NCBI GenBank assembly: GCA_963768355.1
Contig: CAVYHT010000026.1
Location: 1,536-65,535, forward strand
Reading direction: 5' to 3'
DNA length: 64,000 nucleotides
Source of the DNA: an uncultured Alphaproteobacteria bacterium
Lineage (GTDB): Bacteria; Pseudomonadota; Alphaproteobacteria; Rhodobacterales; Rhodobacteraceae
Shown: piece by piece, positions 30,195 through 41,416 of the stretch
Position numbering within the stretch: the stretch's first letter is position 1
Layout of the letters: every line of letters starts with the position of its first letter
Position numbers and translations under genes: made by a program
The notes under the pieces: model-generated
The model's database searches: none
What the model saw: the letters and a program-made list of their open reading frames with translations, nothing else
Told to the model about the DNA's origin: nothing

Positions 30195-31009
30195 CGCGGC
30201 CTCCTTTCAGGTCGAGTGGTGCGGTTCAGGACCCAGTCCGCGACCAGGTTGACCGAGATCGCCAGCGCCGCGATGGCGGCGGCGGGGATCAGCGCCGCGC
30301 CGATGCCGAAGACGATGCCTTCCTTGTTCTCCTTCACGATGCCGCCCCAGTCGACGGCCGGCGGCTGCACGCCAAGGCCGAGGAAGGACAGGGTCGAGAC
30401 GAAAAGCACCGCGAAGATGAAGCGCAGGCCCATTTCGGCGACCAGCGGCGACAGCGCGTTGGGCAGGATTTCGCGGAAGATGATCCAGGTCGCGCTTCTC
30501 GCCGCGCAGCTTGGCGGCCTCGACATAATCCATCACGTTGATGTCCACGGCGACCGCGCGCGACAGGCGGTAGACGCGGGTCGAATCCAGAATGCCCATG
30601 ACCAGGATCAGCACCGTGATGTTGACCGGCATCACCGACAGCACCACCAGCGCGAAGATCAGCGACGGGATCGACATCATCAGATCGACGAAGCGCGACA
30701 TCAGCTGATCGACCCAGCCGCCGATCACGGCGGCGGTAAAGCCGAGGACCGAGCCCAGCGTGAACGACAGGATCGTCGCCAGCGTGGCGATCAAGATCGT
30801 CGTTCGCCCGCCATAGATCATCCGGCGTACAGCAGGTCGCGGCCGATGTTGTCGGTGCCCAGCCAGATGCTCGGCCGAGCGCGGCTCCCACACGTCGCCG
30901 ACGACCTCGGCCATGCCGTAGGGGGCGATCAGCGGCGCGAAGATCGCCATCAGGAAGAAAGCGCCGGTGAGGAACAAGGCCGATCAGGGCGGAAATGGGT
31001 ATTCCTCAT
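30187..31009 (-). CDS. ABC transporter permease (DppC/OppC-like); several frameshifts
   Basis: LTGAFFLMAIFAPLIAPYG (ORF 30207..30977) and ..EAAKLRGEKR / TWIIFREILPNALSPLVAEMGLRFIFAVLFVSTLSFLGLGVQPP (ORF 29681..30526). The ATG at 31009 overlaps the upstream stop. Confidence 0.8.
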
Positions 31010-31968
31010 TTCGGATGCCTCAGGCGCGGATTGGCCAGGATCGACACGATGTCGGCGATCAGGTTCAGCCCGATATAGACGGCGGCAAAGATCAGGCCGC
31101 AGGCCTGCACCACCGGCACGTCGCGTTTGGCGACGTGATCGACCAGATATTGGCCCATGCCGGGATAGACGAAGATCACCTCGACCACGACGACACCGAC
31201 GACCAGATAGGCAAGGTTCAGCATCACCACGTTGACGATCGGCGCGATGGCGTTCGGGAAAGGCGTGGCGGCGGATGACCGTGAACGTGCGACAGGCCCT
31301 TCAGTTCGGCGGTTTCGATATAGGCCGACTGCATCACGTTCAGGATCGCGGCGCGGGTCATGCGCATCATGTGCGCCAGCACCACCAGCGTCAGCACGGT
31401 GACCGGCAGCGCGATGGCGTTCAGCTTTTCGCCAAGGCTCATGCTGTCATAGATGGTGGCGACCGACGGGAACCAGCGCAAGCTTGACCGCGAAGAAGTA
31501 GATCAGCACATAGCCGATGAAGAATTCGGGCATCGAGATCGAGGCCAGCGTCACGCCGGAGATCAGCTTGTCGGGCCAGCGGTTCCGGTAGCGCACCGCC
31601 AGCAGGCCCAGCAAGATCGCCAGCGGCACCGAGATGACGGCCGCCCAGAAGGCCAGGAACAGCGTGTTCGCCGAGCCGCAAGCCGATCTGGGTCGGCGAT
31701 GTCCTGCCCATTGGTCAGCGCGGTGCCCAGATCGCCGTGCAGAACGCCGCCCAGCCAGTTGAAATAGCGGACCGGGGCGGGTTCGTTCAGGCCCAGCTCC
31801 TCGCGCAGGTTGGCCAGCGACTTCGGGCGTTGCCGATTGGCCGAGGATGCATTGCGCCACATCGCCGGGCAGGATCTCGGTTCCGACAAAGATCAGGACC
31901 GAAGCAGCAAGCAGCAGGAGGATGCCCAGCGCAAGGCGCTGGGCAACCAGTTTCAGGACGGGATGCAT
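31006..31968 (-). CDS. ABC transporter permease (DppB/OppB-like); several frameshifts
   Basis: MHPVLKLVAQRLALGILLLLAASVLIFVGTEILPGD (ORF 31447..31980). The middle pieces are in ORFs 31563..31889 and 31224..31481. The C-terminus ..LNLIADIVSILANPRLRHPK is in ORF 31006..31230. Confidence 0.8.
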
Positions 31969-31976
31969 GTCGCGCC

Positions 31977-33582
31977 TCACGATCGTCCAGCCAGCACTTG
32001 ACGATCGCGCAGTTGTTCATCATGCCGCCGTTCGGATCCTTGACCCAGCCGCCGACATCGCGGGCCGGTCGCGTCGATGAAGTCGTTGAACATCGGCAGA
32101 TCAGGCCGCCTTCGTCGCGCACGCATCATAGCCCATCTCGCGAGTAGATTCGCTTGCGCTTGGCCTCGTCCAGTTCGGCCCGCGCCTCGATCAGCATGGC
32201 GTCGAACTCGGCGCGTTGAAGAACCGGGTGTCGTTCCAGTCTGCGGTCGACAGATAGGCGGTGGAATACATCTGGTCCTGAACCGGACGGCCGCCCCAGT
32301 AGGAGGCGCAGAACGGCTGCATGTTCCAGACTTCCGACCAGTAGCCGTCGTTCGGTTCGCGCTTGATCTCGAGCGGGATGCCAGCGGCCTTGGCGCAATC
32401 TGCTGGAACAGCTGCGCGGCGTCGACCGCGCCGGGGAAGGCACCGTCGACGGTGCGCAGCATGATACGCGACCCGTCATGGCCGGACTTCTTGTAGTGGA
32501 CCGCCGCCTTGTCCGGATCGTAGGTGCGCTGCTCGATATCGTCGAAAACAGCGGATAGGCGCCGTTGATCGGGAAGTCGTTGCCGATCGAGCCGTAGCCG
32601 TGCAGGATCTTGTCGACCATTTCCTGGCGGTTGATCGCGTATTTCAGCGCCAGCCGCAGGTCGTTGTTGTCGAACGGCGCCGTGTTGCAGTGCATGATGA
32701 ACACGTAGTGGCCCCGGCCAGAAACGTTCTGAACGGTAACGCCCGGCACGCGGTCGATCAGGTCCGACGACCTTCGGCTCGACCCGGTTGATCATGTCGA
32801 CCTGACCGGACTGCAGGGCCGCCAGTACGCGCGGTCGCGTCGTTGAGCACGATGGTTTCGACCTGATCGGCATGGCCGCGATTCTCGCCATCCCAGTAGT
32901 TGGCGAACTTCTCGCCAACGTGCGCGCACACCGGGCTCTGATCTTCGACCAGACGGTAGGGGCCGGTGCCGATGCCCGCAGCCGGGTCGTCCATGCCGCC
33001 ATCCGGCTGGATCACCAGGTGATAGTCGGACATCAGATAGGGAAGGTCGGCATTCGGCGTGCTGAGTTCGACAATAACGTTCTGACCGTCAGCGACGACC
33101 TTGTCGATGCCCTTCATGATGCCCAGCGCGCCGGACTTGGACTCTTCGTTCGAATGACGCTCCATCGTTGCAACGACGTCTTCGGCGGTCAGGGTCTTGC
33201 CGTTGTGGAACTCGACGCCTTCGCGGATCTTGAAGCTCCAGGTTTTTGCATCGGCCGAAGCCTCGACGCTTTCGGCCAGCCGACCCTCGATTTCGCCTGT
33301 CGGGTCGACTTCGACAAGGCACTCACCCCAAGTATGGCCCAGATTGGTGGTATAGTCCGAAGCCCATGTTCCAGGATCCTGGCTGTCGGATGACGACGAG
33401 CCTTGCAGACCCGCCTTCAGGATGCCGCCTTTTACGGGCCCTTGTGCCCGGACGGCAGTTGTCAGGATGCCGGTCGCGATCGTGGAGGACACGCCTAGCG
33501 CTGCTGCCCGCCCCATGAAAGCGCGGCGATCCATCAGGCCACGCGCCACCTTTTTACTGAAATACTCAAGTTCCTTAGACAT
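31977..33582 (-). CDS. ABC transporter substrate-binding protein, family 5 (peptide/opine/nickel type), Tat-like signal; several frameshifts
   Basis: ATG at 33582 preceded by GGGAGA. MSKELEYFSKKVARGLMDRRAFMGRAAALGVSS.. then ..KTWSFKIREGVEFHNGKTLTAEDV.. (ORF 32758..33648). The remainder is in ORFs 32126..32749 and 31977..33002. The exact 3' end is uncertain. Confidence 0.8.
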
Positions 33583-33666
33583 TTCCGTCTCCCTGTTGTC
33601 GTTTGGTGACCGTACCCGGCCATCCAATTCTTCCGCCATAGAATACACATCATCGGCTGATGTGCA

Positions 33667-35331
33667 TCATCGGTCGGAACTCTGCCATCTTGGATTGATC
33701 CACGGTTCCGCGTTTTCCGGCGGAAGCGGGGTTTTTCCAAGGATGTGGTCTGCAATTTTCTCGCCCACCATGATCGAGGGCGCATTCAGGTTCCCGTTGG
33801 TTATGCGCGGAAAAATCGACGAATCCACCACGCGAAGGGCATCGACGCCGATCACCTGCCCATGCGGGTTTACCACCGCGCCGGTGTCGTCCTTGCGGCC
33901 CATCTTGCAGGTGCCGCAGGGGTGGTAGGCGCTTTCGGCATGCTCGCGGATGAAATCGTCGATCTGATCGTCGGTTTGCACATCCTTGCCGGGCTGGATT
34001 TCCTTGCCGCGATAGGGGGCGAAGGCGGGCTGGCTGAAAATCTGGCGTGTGGCGCGGATGCAGGCGCGGAAATCGACCCAGTCCTGCTCCTCGGACATAT
34101 AATTGAACCGGATCTCGGGGGCGTCGGAGGGATTGGCTGAACGCAAGGTGATCGACCCGCGTGACGCGGCGCGCATCGGGCCGGTATGGGCCTGATAGCC
34201 GTGCCCTTCGGCGGCGGCTTTGCCGTCATAGCGCACCGCCATTGGCAGGAAGTGGAATTGAATGTCCGGATAGTCGATCCCGGCGCGCGAGCGGATGAAG
34301 CCCGCGGATTCGAAATGGTTCGACGCCCCAAGACCGGTTCCGGTCAGCAGCCATTGCAGCCCGGACCAGCCCTTGCCCATCAGATTCCAGTGCTTGAAAA
34401 GAGTGATCGGCTGGGTGCTGGCCTGCTGGAAATAGACCTCCAGATGATCCTGCAGATTGGCCCCGACACCGGGACGGTCGGCGATCACGTCGATGCCGTG
34501 ATCCTTCAGATGCGCGGCGGGTCCGATTCCCGACAGCATCAACAGTTTCGGTGAATTGATCGAAGAGGCCGCAAGGATCACCTCGCGCCGTGCCGTCAAG
34601 GTTTCGGTGGCGGACCCCCGGGCAATCTCAACCCCGGTGGCGCGACCGTCGCTGACGACCACCTTTTGGGCCAGCCCCCGGACCAGCCGGACATTGGCGC
34701 GCTTCAAGGCGGGGCGCAGATAGGCGTTGGCGACCGACCAGCGCCGCCCGCGCCAGATCGTCGCCTCCATCGGGCCGAAGCCTTCCTGCTTTTGCCCGTT
34801 ATAGTCGTCGGTCAGCTCGTACCCGGCCTCTGCGCCGGCTTTCACGAAGGCGTGGTAAAGCGGGTTCTGCCGCAGCCCGCGCGAAACATGGATCGGCCCG
34901 TCGCGCCCCCGCCAGTCAGGATCGCCGCCATGACCGCCATCATGCCAGGTCTCCATTCGCTTGAAGTATGGCAGCACGTCGGCATAGGCCCAACCATCCG
35001 CGCCGCTTTCTGCCCAATGGTCGTAATCGCGCGCATGACCACGCACATAGACCATCCCGTTGATCGAGGATGACCCGCCCAGCACCTTGCCGCGCGGCAC
35101 CACCAGCCGGCGGTCGTTCAGATGCGGCTCGGGTTCGGTGAGAAGCCCCCAGTCGTAGCGGGCCATGTTCATCGGATAAGACAAAGCGGCGGGCATCTGA
35201 ATAAACGGCCCGGCATCCGTGCCGCCATATTCGACGATCAAAACGGAATGCTTGCCGCCCTCGGACAGCCGGTAGGCAAGCGCTGCCCCGGCGGAACCTG
35301 AACCGACGATGATATAGTCGGCTTCGGTCAC
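33667..35331 (-). CDS. betA: choline dehydrogenase (GMC oxidoreductase)
   Basis: Intact 554 aa. [24 protein letters not shown].., ..[19 protein letters not shown].., ..HPCGTCKMG... Sits in the betI-betB-betC-betA context. Confidence 0.9.
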   Translation of the reverse strand: MTEADYIIVGSGSAGAALAYRLSEGGKHSVLIVEYGGTDAGPFIQMPAALSYPMNMARYDWGLLTEPEPHLNDRRLVVPRGKVLGGSSSINGMVYVRGHARDYDHWAESGADGWAYADVLPYFKRMETWHDGGHGGDPDWRGRDGPIHVSRGLRQNPLYHAFVKAGAEAGYELTDDYNGQKQEGFGPMEATIWRGRRWSVANAYLRPALKRANVRLVRGLAQKVVVSDGRATGVEIARGSATETLTARREVILAASSINSPKLLMLSGIGPAAHLKDHGIDVIADRPGVGANLQDHLEVYFQQASTQPITLFKHWNLMGKGWSGLQWLLTGTGLGASNHFESAGFIRSRAGIDYPDIQFHFLPMAVRYDGKAAAEGHGYQAHTGPMRAASRGSITLRSANPSDAPEIRFNYMSEEQDWVDFRACIRATRQIFSQPAFAPYRGKEIQPGKDVQTDDQIDDFIREHAESAYHPCGTCKMGRKDDTGAVVNPHGQVIGVDALRVVDSSIFPRITNGNLNAPSIMVGEKIADHILGKTPLPPENAEPWINPRWQSSDR

Positions 35332-36849
35332 TCCTGCACGCCTCGTGGGTATCTGGCGTTTTCCTCGACCACGTTCAGGTCCATGTGGTTGCGCATGTAG
35401 CGCTCGGAGGCCTTTTGCAGCGGCTGGTAGTCCCAGGGGTAGTAGTTGCCGTTCCGCAAGGCCTCGTAGACCACCCAGCGGCGGGCCTGACTGGCGCGGA
35501 CCTCGGCGTCATAGGCGGCCATGTCCCAGCGCTGGCCGACCTTCTCGGCCAGCGTGGCGGCGGTTCCGGCATGGGCCGGGATCGCTAGCGAGGTTGGTCA
35601 GTTCCATGCGGGTCGGCGTCGAGGTCGTAAAGCTGCGGCGGATCCAGTTCGCAGTGGATGTATTTCCACTTGCCATAGCGCAGACCCACCAAGCGGCGCG
35701 TTCGAGGCTTCGGCGGCGTATTCCATCGCCACGGGGGCGGTGCGTTCCGTGCCATTGGCCAGCGGCACGAGCGATTGGCCGTCGGTCCACGGCATGACCT
35801 CGGCCATGTCCACGCCCGCCAGATCGGCCAGCGTCGGCAGCACGTCAAGCGTGGACACCGGCGTTTCGATCCGTCCAGCGGGCATGTCCGGTGCAGACAC
35901 CATCAGCGGCACACGGGCGGAGCCCTCGAAAAAGTTCATCTTGAACCACAGCCCGCGTTCGCCCAGCATGTCGCCGTGATCGGAGACGAAGAGAATGATC
36001 GCCTCTTGCCCGGTGGTTTCCAGCGCCTCCATGACCTCGCCGATCTTTTCGTCGAGATACGAGATGTTGGCGAAATAGGCGCGGCGCGAGCGGCGGATAT
36101 CTTCCTCGGTGATGTCGAAGCTGCGCCAGTCATTGGCATCAAAGATGCGCTTGGAGTGCGGGTCGTGATCGATCGTAGGGGATCGCGGACACTTCAGGCA
36201 GCAGATGCTCGCAATCCTCGTAGAGATCCCAGTATTTGCGCCGCGCGACATAGGGGTCGTGCGGATGGGTGAAGCTGACGGTCAGGCACCACGGGCGCTT
36301 GTCGTGGCCGCGGGCATGGTCATAGACCTTGCGGGTGGCGTGATAGGCGACCTCGTCGTCGTATTCCATCTGGTTGGTGATCTCGGCCACGCCAGCACCA
36401 GTGACCGACCCCATATTGTGATACCACCATTCGATCCGCTCGCCGGGTTTGCGGTAATCCGGGGTCCAGCCGAAATCGGCGGGGTAGATGTCGGTGGTCA
36501 GGCGTTCCTCGAACCCGTGCATCTGGTCGGGGCCGACGAAATGCATCTTGCCAGAAAGGCAGGTGTGATAGCCGGCGCGGCGCAGGTGATGCGCATAGGT
36601 CGGGATGTCGGAGGCGAATTCGGCAGCATTGTCATAGACCCGCGTGCGGCGCGGCAACTGCCCGGACATGAAACTGGCGCGCGACGGCGCGCAAAGCGGG
36701 CTGGCGCAATAGGTATTCGCAAACCGGGTCGAGCGCTCGGCCAGTTTCCGGATGTTCGGCACATGCAGCCAGTCGACGGGACCGTCGGGAAACAGCGTGC
36801 CATTCAGCTGGTCGACCATGAAGATCAGGATGTTGGGCTTGGCGCTCAA
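35328..36849 (-). CDS. betC: choline-sulfatase (at least 4 frameshifts)
   Basis: ORF 36139..36849 has [17 protein letters not shown].. and the sulfatase signature [16 protein letters not shown]. It continues in ORFs 35598..36251, 35585..35848 and 35328..35522 (..[16 protein letters not shown]..). Confidence 0.85.
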
Positions 36850-38309
36850 TAAGGTGACTCCACTTTGCCCATGCCGACATAGATGGACTTGACCTCAGTG
36901 TAGTAGTTGATCGCCTCGCGCGAATTCTCGCGGCCCACGCCGGACATTTTCGAGCCGCCGAATGGCACTTCGACCGGCGCCAAGTTGTAGGCGTTGATCC
37001 AGAGCGTTCCCGCCTCCAGCCGGTCGACGACGCGATGGCCGCGCGTCAGGTCGCGGGTGAACACCCCTGCCGAGAGGCCGAACTGCGTAGCGTTGGCGCG
37101 CGCAACGACTTCTTCTTCTTCGTCAAAGTCGAGCACTGCCATCACTGGGCCGAAAATCTCTTCCTTCGCGATGGTCATCTCGTCGGTAACGCCAGCAAAG
37201 ACCGTAGGTTCGACAAAGAACCCGCCTTCATAGCCCTGCACCTTGGGGATGCCGCCACCGATGCGCAGCTCGGCACCTTCTTTCTTGCCGATCTCGATAT
37301 AATCCATGACCTTCGCATGCTGGGCCGCCGACACCATCGGCCCCATCTGCACCTCTTCATCCATCGGATCGCCGATGCGGATTTTGGCGGTACGCTCGAC
37401 CAGACGGTCGAGGAATTTGTCGCGGATGCCCCTTTGCACGAAGACCCGTGTGCCGTTCGAGCAGACCTGCCCGGTGGAATAGAAATTACCCAGCATCGCG
37501 CCGCCAACCGCATCCTCGATATCGGCGTCGTCAAAGACGATGAGGGGAGATTTCCCGCCCAGTTCCATCGTCACATGGCGCAAACCATGTGCAGCAGCGG
37601 CGTAGACCTTCTGTCCGGTCGGCACCGAACCGGTCAGCGAGACCTTGGCGACACCCGAATGGGTGGTCAGCGCGGCACCAACGGGACCAAGACCCTGAAT
37701 GACGTTGTAAAGACCCTCGGGCGCGCCAGCTTCGACGAGTATTTCGGCGACCTTCAACGCGCAAAGTGGCGTGTTTTCAGAGGGTTTGAAGATCATTGCA
37801 TTCCCGCAAGCCAGCGCGGGCGCACCCTTCCAGCAGGCGATCTGGGTGGGATAGTTCCACGCGCCGATGCCGACGCAGACGCCAAGTGGCACACGCTTGG
37901 TATAGGCGAAATCCTGACCCAGATTGACGGTCTCGCCGTTGATACTGGCCGCCAGCCCGCCAAAGAATTCCAACGCTTCCGCCCCCGAGGTCGCATCGAC
38001 ATAAAGCGTTTCCTGCAACGGCTTGCCTGTATCGAGCGTCTCCAACTCAGACAGTTCGCGGTTGCGGTCCATGATGATCTCGGCCGCTTTGCGCAGCACC
38101 CGTCCACGGGCGACGGGACGCCATCTGGCCCAGTCTTTCTGCGCCCGCGTCGCCGCCGCCACCGCCTGTTCGATGATCGCTGGCGTCGCCGAATGCAGCC
38201 GGGCGATGACCTCTCCGGTGGCGGGATAGACGCAATCGAATGCCTCCCCGGCTGTGTCCTCGACATAAGCACCGTCGATGAAATGGCTGGCTTTGGGCTG
38301 GGCGCGCAT
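36846..38309 (-). CDS. betB: betaine-aldehyde dehydrogenase
   Basis: Intact 487 aa with ALDH motifs ..[10 protein letters not shown].. and ..[14 protein letters not shown]... Overlaps both the betI stop and the betC start. Confidence 0.9.
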   Translation of the reverse strand: MRAQPKASHFIDGAYVEDTAGEAFDCVYPATGEVIARLHSATPAIIEQAVAAATRAQKDWARWRPVARGRVLRKAAEIIMDRNRELSELETLDTGKPLQETLYVDATSGAEALEFFGGLAASINGETVNLGQDFAYTKRVPLGVCVGIGAWNYPTQIACWKGAPALACGNAMIFKPSENTPLCALKVAEILVEAGAPEGLYNVIQGLGPVGAALTTHSGVAKVSLTGSVPTGQKVYAAAAHGLRHVTMELGGKSPLIVFDDADIEDAVGGAMLGNFYSTGQVCSNGTRVFVQRGIRDKFLDRLVERTAKIRIGDPMDEEVQMGPMVSAAQHAKVMDYIEIGKKEGAELRIGGGIPKVQGYEGGFFVEPTVFAGVTDEMTIAKEEIFGPVMAVLDFDEEEEVVARANATQFGLSAGVFTRDLTRGHRVVDRLEAGTLWINAYNLAPVEVPFGGSKMSGVGRENSREAINYYTEVKSIYVGMGKVESPY

Positions 38310-38917
38310 CAGTGGGATCTTTCCAGTTGGACGCCATCCTCGGCGAGGGTCAGGCGTAAATAATCGCGAACCAGCGCGCGGGCCTTGGACCGGCTGGGCG
38401 CGTTGTCTTGCAGGGCATGACGAATGTAGATGCCGTCGATCATGCTGGCCGTGCCTTCGGCGATGTCCTGGGCGCGGGCGCGCGGGACAAGGGCGGTCAG
38501 GTTGAAGACCATGTTGGAATGCAGACGGCGGGCATAGACGCGCAACAGCCGTGCGGCTTCCTCCGAACGCTGGGCCTGAACGTAAAAGACGAGCCAGGCC
38601 GCGACGATTTCATCCGCGAACTGTTCGCGACTTAGCGAGGCGTCGATGATCGAGCCCAGCCGTTCGGCTGGCGTGGCAGCGTCCGCCATCGCGGCCCGGA
38701 CGAGCAAACCGAATTCGGTCAGGATATGACGCATCGCGGCCAGAAAGATCGCATCCTTGGTATCGAAATAGTAATGCGCAAGCGCCGTGGACATGCCTGC
38801 GCGCTTGGCGATCTGGCCGACCGTCACGTCGAGCGAGCCCGCCTGCCCGATCTCTAGGATCGTGGCGCTGACCAAGGCTGCGCGTCGCGCTGGTTCCTGT
38901 CCGACTTTCGGCAACAT
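38309..38917 (-). CDS. betI: TetR-family transcriptional repressor BetI
   Basis: [58 protein letters not shown].. (TetR HTH). ATG at 38917 preceded by GGGGAAG; the track ORF begins at an upstream TTG (38926). Confidence 0.85.
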   Translation of the reverse strand: MLPKVGQEPARRAALVSATILEIGQAGSLDVTVGQIAKRAGMSTALAHYYFDTKDAIFLAAMRHILTEFGLLVRAAMADAATPAERLGSIIDASLSREQFADEIVAAWLVFYVQAQRSEEAARLLRVYARRLHSNMVFNLTALVPRARAQDIAEGTASMIDGIYIRHALQDNAPSRSKARALVRDYLRLTLAEDGVQLERSH

Positions 38918-38959
38918 CTTCCCCAAGATGACTCGTCCGACAGTCTGTCGGTTTTTTAT

Positions 38960-38973
38960 TGACTGATCAATCA
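38960..38973. promoter_or_regulatory. candidate BetI operator (imperfect palindrome)
   Basis: TGACTGATCAATCA (12 of 14 positions palindromic around TGATCA) lies about 43 nt upstream of the betI ATG in a T-rich spacer. This is the only strong dyad between 38918 and 38980. Confidence 0.35.
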
Positions 38974-38980
38974 GGAATAA

Positions 38981-39926
38981 TCACGGCTCGGCATTCGTGC
39001 GCAGATTTCGCGGCGTTTCGCCGAATTCGGCGGCGAAGGCGCGGGTCATCGCAGAAGGGTCATTATAACCGCAGCGCACGGCGATTTCGGCGACTGACAA
39101 TCGCGTCTGTTCGACATAGCGGCGCGCGGCCACCAGCCGCAAACGCCGATAGACGGTGCGGGGGCTGGCGCCGAGTTGGCGTTTGAACAACACCTCCAGC
39201 TCTCGCTGACTGGTGCCAAGCGTGGCGGCGAGGGCCGATATCGTCACCCGGTCTTCCAGTTGATCGCGCATGAGCGCCACGGCGGCCGCGACAAGCTGGG
39301 ATTTGGGGCGAAGATCGGGGGCACTTTCGGCGTCGCCCTGCATGAAAAGCGCCGCCACTTCCAGCCGCAACGCCTCGCCGTGATCCGCCCGATCATCCGC
39401 GACACCAGATCGAACGCGGTCATCGCACCGCCGCAGGACCAGCGATTGCCATCCATGATCAGACGCTTCTTTTCGGCCTTGAAGGTCGGGGAAGGCTTCG
39501 GAAAACGCCTCGAACTCTTCCCAGTGGATCGTGGCGCGGTGGCCGGTCAACAGATCAGCGGCGGCCAACAGCCAACTGCCCATGTCCATGCCCGCCAGAA
39601 TATCAAAGCGCGACGCGGCAGACCGCAAGGTCCGTGCGGTTGCGGTCGTGGCCAGCTTGCGTGTGCCGTAGCTGGGCATCAGGCACAACATGTCGCCCCG
39701 CGCCTGCCCCAGTGCGGTATCGGGCGTGACCGGCAGGCCGCTGGACGAAGTGACAGGCTTGCCGTCCAGCGTCAGGAACTGCCAATGATAGACCTGCCGT
39801 CCCAGAAGAGTGTTGGCGGCGCGCATACGGCTCGACCGCATTGGCAAGACAATGCATCGAGAATCGCGGGAACAGCAACAAGCCGACGCGACGGGTTCGG
39901 GGGCCTGATCTTTGCCAATCTGGCAT
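38981..39926 (-). CDS. GlxA-type AraC-family regulator (DJ-1/PfpI-like domain plus AraC HTH), CdhR/GbdR-like; about 3 frameshifts
   Basis: N-terminus ..RVGLLLFPRFSMHCLANAVEP (ORF 39603..39926). The middle is in ORF 38981..39847 and ORF 39244..39456 (MDGNRWSCGGAMTAFDLV). The C-terminal HTH is ..VTISALAATLGTSQRELEVLFKR..SVAEIAVRCGYNDPSAMTRAF... Divergent from the carnitine-type operon. Confidence 0.75.
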
Positions 39927-39973
39927 GATTTACATGCAATACTGCATGATTGGTAAAATCAAGCTGCATAATG
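39923..39973. promoter_or_regulatory. three phased GCATGATT-like repeats in the regulator/BKACE divergent intergenic region
   Basis: GCATGATT at 39923..39930 and at 39944..39951 (21-bp spacing), plus a degenerate GCATAATG at 39966..39973 (22 bp). They lie upstream of the BKACE ATG at 40009. Confidence 0.3.
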
Positions 39974-40008
39974 TCAGACTGTCGCGAGTCGCCAAGGGAG
40001 GGCCATCA

Positions 40009-40924
40009 ATGCCACTGGAAATGAACCACGAGGTCTTTATCACCTGTGCCGTGACCGGATCGGGCGGGTCGCAGGACCGCAGCCCGCATGTGCCGCGCAG
40101 CCCCAAAGCGATCGCCGACAGCGCGATTGCCGCGGCCAAGGCGGGTGCAGCGATCGTGCACTGCCATGTGCGCGACCCGGAGACCGGCGTGCCGTCACGA
40201 TCGACCAAGCTTTTCCGCGAAGTGACCGACAGAATCCGCGACGCCGATGTCGACGTCGTTCTGAACCTGACCGCCGGAATGGGCGGCGATGTGATTTTCG
40301 GCGCGCCCTCGGCGCCCGCTGCCGCTGGCCAAGGGAACCGATATGGCCAGCGCCGAGGAGCGTGTCGCCCATATCGCCGAATGCCTGCCCGAGATCTGCA
40401 CGCTCGATTGCGGCACCATGAATTTCGCCGAGGCCGATTATGTGATGACCAACACGCCCGGCATGCTGCGCGCGATGGGCAGCATGATGACCGAGTTGGG
40501 CGTGATGCCGGAGATCGAGGCCTTCGATACCGGCCATCTGTGGCTGGCCAAGCAACTGGTCGCGGATGGCGTGCTGAAATCCCCGGCGCTGGTGCAGCTT
40601 TGCATGGGCGTGCCCTGGGGCGCGCCGGATGACCTCAACACCTTCATGGCGATGGTCAATAACGTCCCGCACGACTGGACCTGGTCGGCGTTTTCCATCG
40701 GGCGGAACGAGATGCCCTATGTCGCCGCCGCGGTGCTCGCGGGCGGCAATGTGCGCGTCGGGCTGGAGGATAATCTGTGGCTCGCCAAGGGACAGCTGGC
40801 GACGAATGAACAGCTGGTCGAACGTGCTCGCAGCATCATCGAGGCGATGGGCGCGACAGTCATCGGCCCCGAAGCGGTGCGCAAGAAGTTGGGCCTGACC
40901 AAGCGCGCGCCGGTAGCGGCGTGA
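40009..40924 (+). CDS. BKACE family enzyme (3-keto-5-aminohexanoate cleavage / dehydrocarnitine cleavage-type, DUF849); one frameshift near 40320
   Basis: AAGGGAGGG RBS, then MPLEMNHEVFITCAVTGSGGSQDRSPHVPRSPKAIADSAIAAAKAGAAIVHCHVRD... The C-part is ORF 40343..40924 (..NFAEADYVM.NTPGM.., ..GGNVRVGLEDNLWL.KG). Confidence 0.8.
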
Positions 40925-41416
40925 TCCGTTTCGCCGCTTTAGGTCTGGTGCTGGCACTGACCGCCTGCGCGACTGAACCGCGCGTTGCCGGGTTCAGGGA
41001 TCCGTCAGCACAAATCAGTTCCGCCGCCCTGTGGGACCCGAAGCGGATGCAGGGCGACTGGGTGTCGGTCGCCGCCTATCGGGGCAGCGACTGGCAACCC
41101 GGAACCCGCGTGAGTTTCGACTGGTCCACCCCGAACGGCCGGATGGTCTTCGACACAACCGCCGGGGCCCGCGCCTTGCCGGTAACTCCAGCGGGGCCAG
41201 GGCGGTTCCGCCGCTCTGACGGTGGCGAGGCACCGCCGTTCTGGGTGCTCTGGGTCGATGAAGGCTATCAGCACCGCAGTTGTCGGCACACCCGGCGGCG
41301 CTTTCGGTTTCGTGCTGAACCGCGATGCCACGATCCCTGCCGACCGGCTGGAAGCGGCGCGGCAAGTCCTCGATTTCAACGGCTACGATTTGACTCAACT
41401 ACAGGTGTTGAAATGA
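40921..41416 (+). CDS. lipocalin-like outer-membrane lipoprotein (Blc-like); one frameshift near 41265
   Basis: Lipobox in MIRFAALGLVLALTAC; ..DPKRMQGDWVSVAAY.. . The C-terminus is in ORF 41222..41416 (..STAVVGTPGGAFGFVLNRDATIP...). The GTGA overlaps the BKACE stop. Confidence 0.55.
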
